Positions 62,134-64,000 of a stretch of 64,000 bases of DNA are shown piece by piece. Made by a program: the position numbers and the translations under genes. Location: the NCBI GenBank assembly GCA_951406725.2, contig OX597816.1, positions 141,298,001-141,362,000 on the forward strand, read 5' to 3'. Every line of letters starts with the position of its first letter. Position 1 is the first letter of the stretch. A model generated the notes under the pieces. That model did not search any database and was not told the origin of the DNA. It worked only from the letters and a program-made list of their open reading frames with translations. Origin of the DNA: Octopus vulgaris. Its lineage: Eukaryota.

Positions 62134-64000
62134 GAAAATTTTGTTCCCAGGCCACTGGTTGTGGTGTTAGTTGTTGAAGAGTGCTAGTAGTTGTAGTGGT
62201 GATAGCGATGGTGGTGGTTGTTGTGATACCATTGAAAGTGGTAGTGATGATGGTTAATGTGTTGGCTGTGATAGATATGATGGTGATAATTTTAGTAGTG
62301 GTAATTGTTATAATTGCGTTGAAGATGCTGATGAGGTGATGTTGATTGGTCTAGTGGTGTCTGTGATGGTGGTGATAATTATAATGATGATGACAGTAGT
62401 AGTGGTAGTTGTAAAGATAATGTTAGTGGTGATAGATCCAACATCATCACCATTGTCCTTCTCAGTACCATCACCACAACCACCACTTTCATCACCATCA
62501 TCAGTATTGTTTTCATCTCTATCACATGATAAAAGACCTTCCATTCATGATCATCATGTCTAATTTTTTCAGACAATTTCTTCTTTGTCAAAGGCAGTCA
62601 TTTTCAGGAAATTTAGCAGCTATTTCTAGTAAGGCAAACAAATACATAGAAGCATCACCTTAGCATGTGTTGAAATGATAGTATTGTTGCTGTTTGGGCT
62701 GAGGTTAGCCCTGAGAGAGTTGACAGAACTTTAATCAAAGATATTTCCAATCATAATTATAGATTTTTTTTGTCTAGTAAAATCTACTTTAGACAACATT
62801 ATCCAATGTGTCCTTATATAGGTTGTGAATTGTACAAGTTTTTAGAATGCAGGTCAAAATGCTTTGCAGCTCACTGAACTCTAAATTCAAATCCCACTGA
62901 GATCGCTTTTGCTTTTTATCCTTTCAAGGTTAATAAAATGAAAGTACTAGATCGGTGTGGCAGAATGGTAGAATTGTTAGAGGATGCTTTGTAGTACTTG
63001 TTCAAACTGTTTTTATTTTGAATTCTTGGATGACAGACTTACTTTGTCACTCTAATTTTACAAGCATTCAAGCCAAGTCTCCAGTATGAAGATAACTGCC
63101 TCCCATCCTCTCACTACTTTTAGAGGCCTTGAAATAAAAGGCCATGGATACTGCTCTTTATGATTCAACCAAAAACAAAGTGAAAAATAAAATAAAATAA
63201 AATGGTTGATTGTGTAGGATTTATAACAGCTATTTCTTGCACATCAAGTAACCACATAGAGGTTCTTTTGTTAGTTTGTATTGAAGTAATGTTGATAACT
63301 GTGGTATTGATAATGGTGTTCATGACATCAGTACTATTGCTATGTGATGGTGAAGGGGATTGTAGTGATGATGGTGATAGAGGCAGCAAAATCAATAGTA
63401 ATTGTATTGTTGATGTAATAGGTAGAGATTGAACTGATTGTAGTCACTACAGCTTTGGTTGGTGATGTTAATACTATCGTGATTATCATCATCATCATAA
63501 TTATTGTTACCATCATCATAACGTTCTCCTCATCATCCCCATCAACACCACCCTTATCACTGTTGTCACCAACATCATCACCATCATCATTGTCAGTAGC
63601 AGCAACAACAAAAGTGCCACCACCATCACCCTCATCCTCATTATTGTATCCTCCTTATCATCCCATCACCTTTTTCATTATCTTCCTTCACATAAATTAT
63701 GATAATCATCAGCTTTATGTCTAAAGTTTCATGCAGAATTAGGTTAACTAGGTTCCATAATAGAATCTATCGATAGATCTTAAACCTTTATACTGTAATT
63801 TATGAGGTATTGATGGAGGTTTTATTCTATCTGATTTACATACCTTCATCAAGTTACCTTTCATAATGGCATAGAAAATCTTTGCTGTGGTTCTTTAACC
63901 TTGTCTCAGTTTTCATCCATAGTTGTAGCTGTGTCTATCTCCACTTTTGCATTAGCAGTAGTGTCTCTAAAACTACTTCATCCAATGTGGCATTCCTTTT

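Noticed and set aside
62160-63670. GAT/CAT-rich tracts that switch strand (62160-62560 and 63240-63670)
   Set aside because: Low-complexity degenerate trinucleotide repeats with no alignable inverted arms

Overview
AT-rich, repeat-dense animal DNA, intronic or intergenic; the SINE families point to an octopus or other cephalopod (inference). I see no intact host gene, and the listed ORFs are microsatellite, repeat or transposon read-through. The window holds several tRNA-derived SINE families, five decayed mariner copies, a Tc1-like relic, a Dong/R4-type LINE in a (TAA)n tract, RTE relics, piggyBac-like MITEs and foldback MITEs with internal TTAGGG repeats. The most notable signal is a set of short, ORF-less, often palindromic elements from unrelated families, mostly in or beside (TA)n tracts. 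They carry minimal type I hammerhead ribozyme motifs (CUGANGA...GAAA-palindromic loop-GUH) of the Penelope-like element (PLE) pseudo-LTR kind. Three motif instances look intact: 48663-48705, and a mirror pair at 41291-41334 / 41403-41446 inside a perfect 172-bp-arm palindrome. Two nests of these elements sit in the internal microsatellite of one SINE family. A second notable signal is a 26-unit 61-bp array with a 366-bp higher-order period inside a SINE, each unit encoding a putative H-type RNA pseudoknot. All structure calls were made by eye, and element boundaries are approximate unless TIRs or TSDs are quoted.
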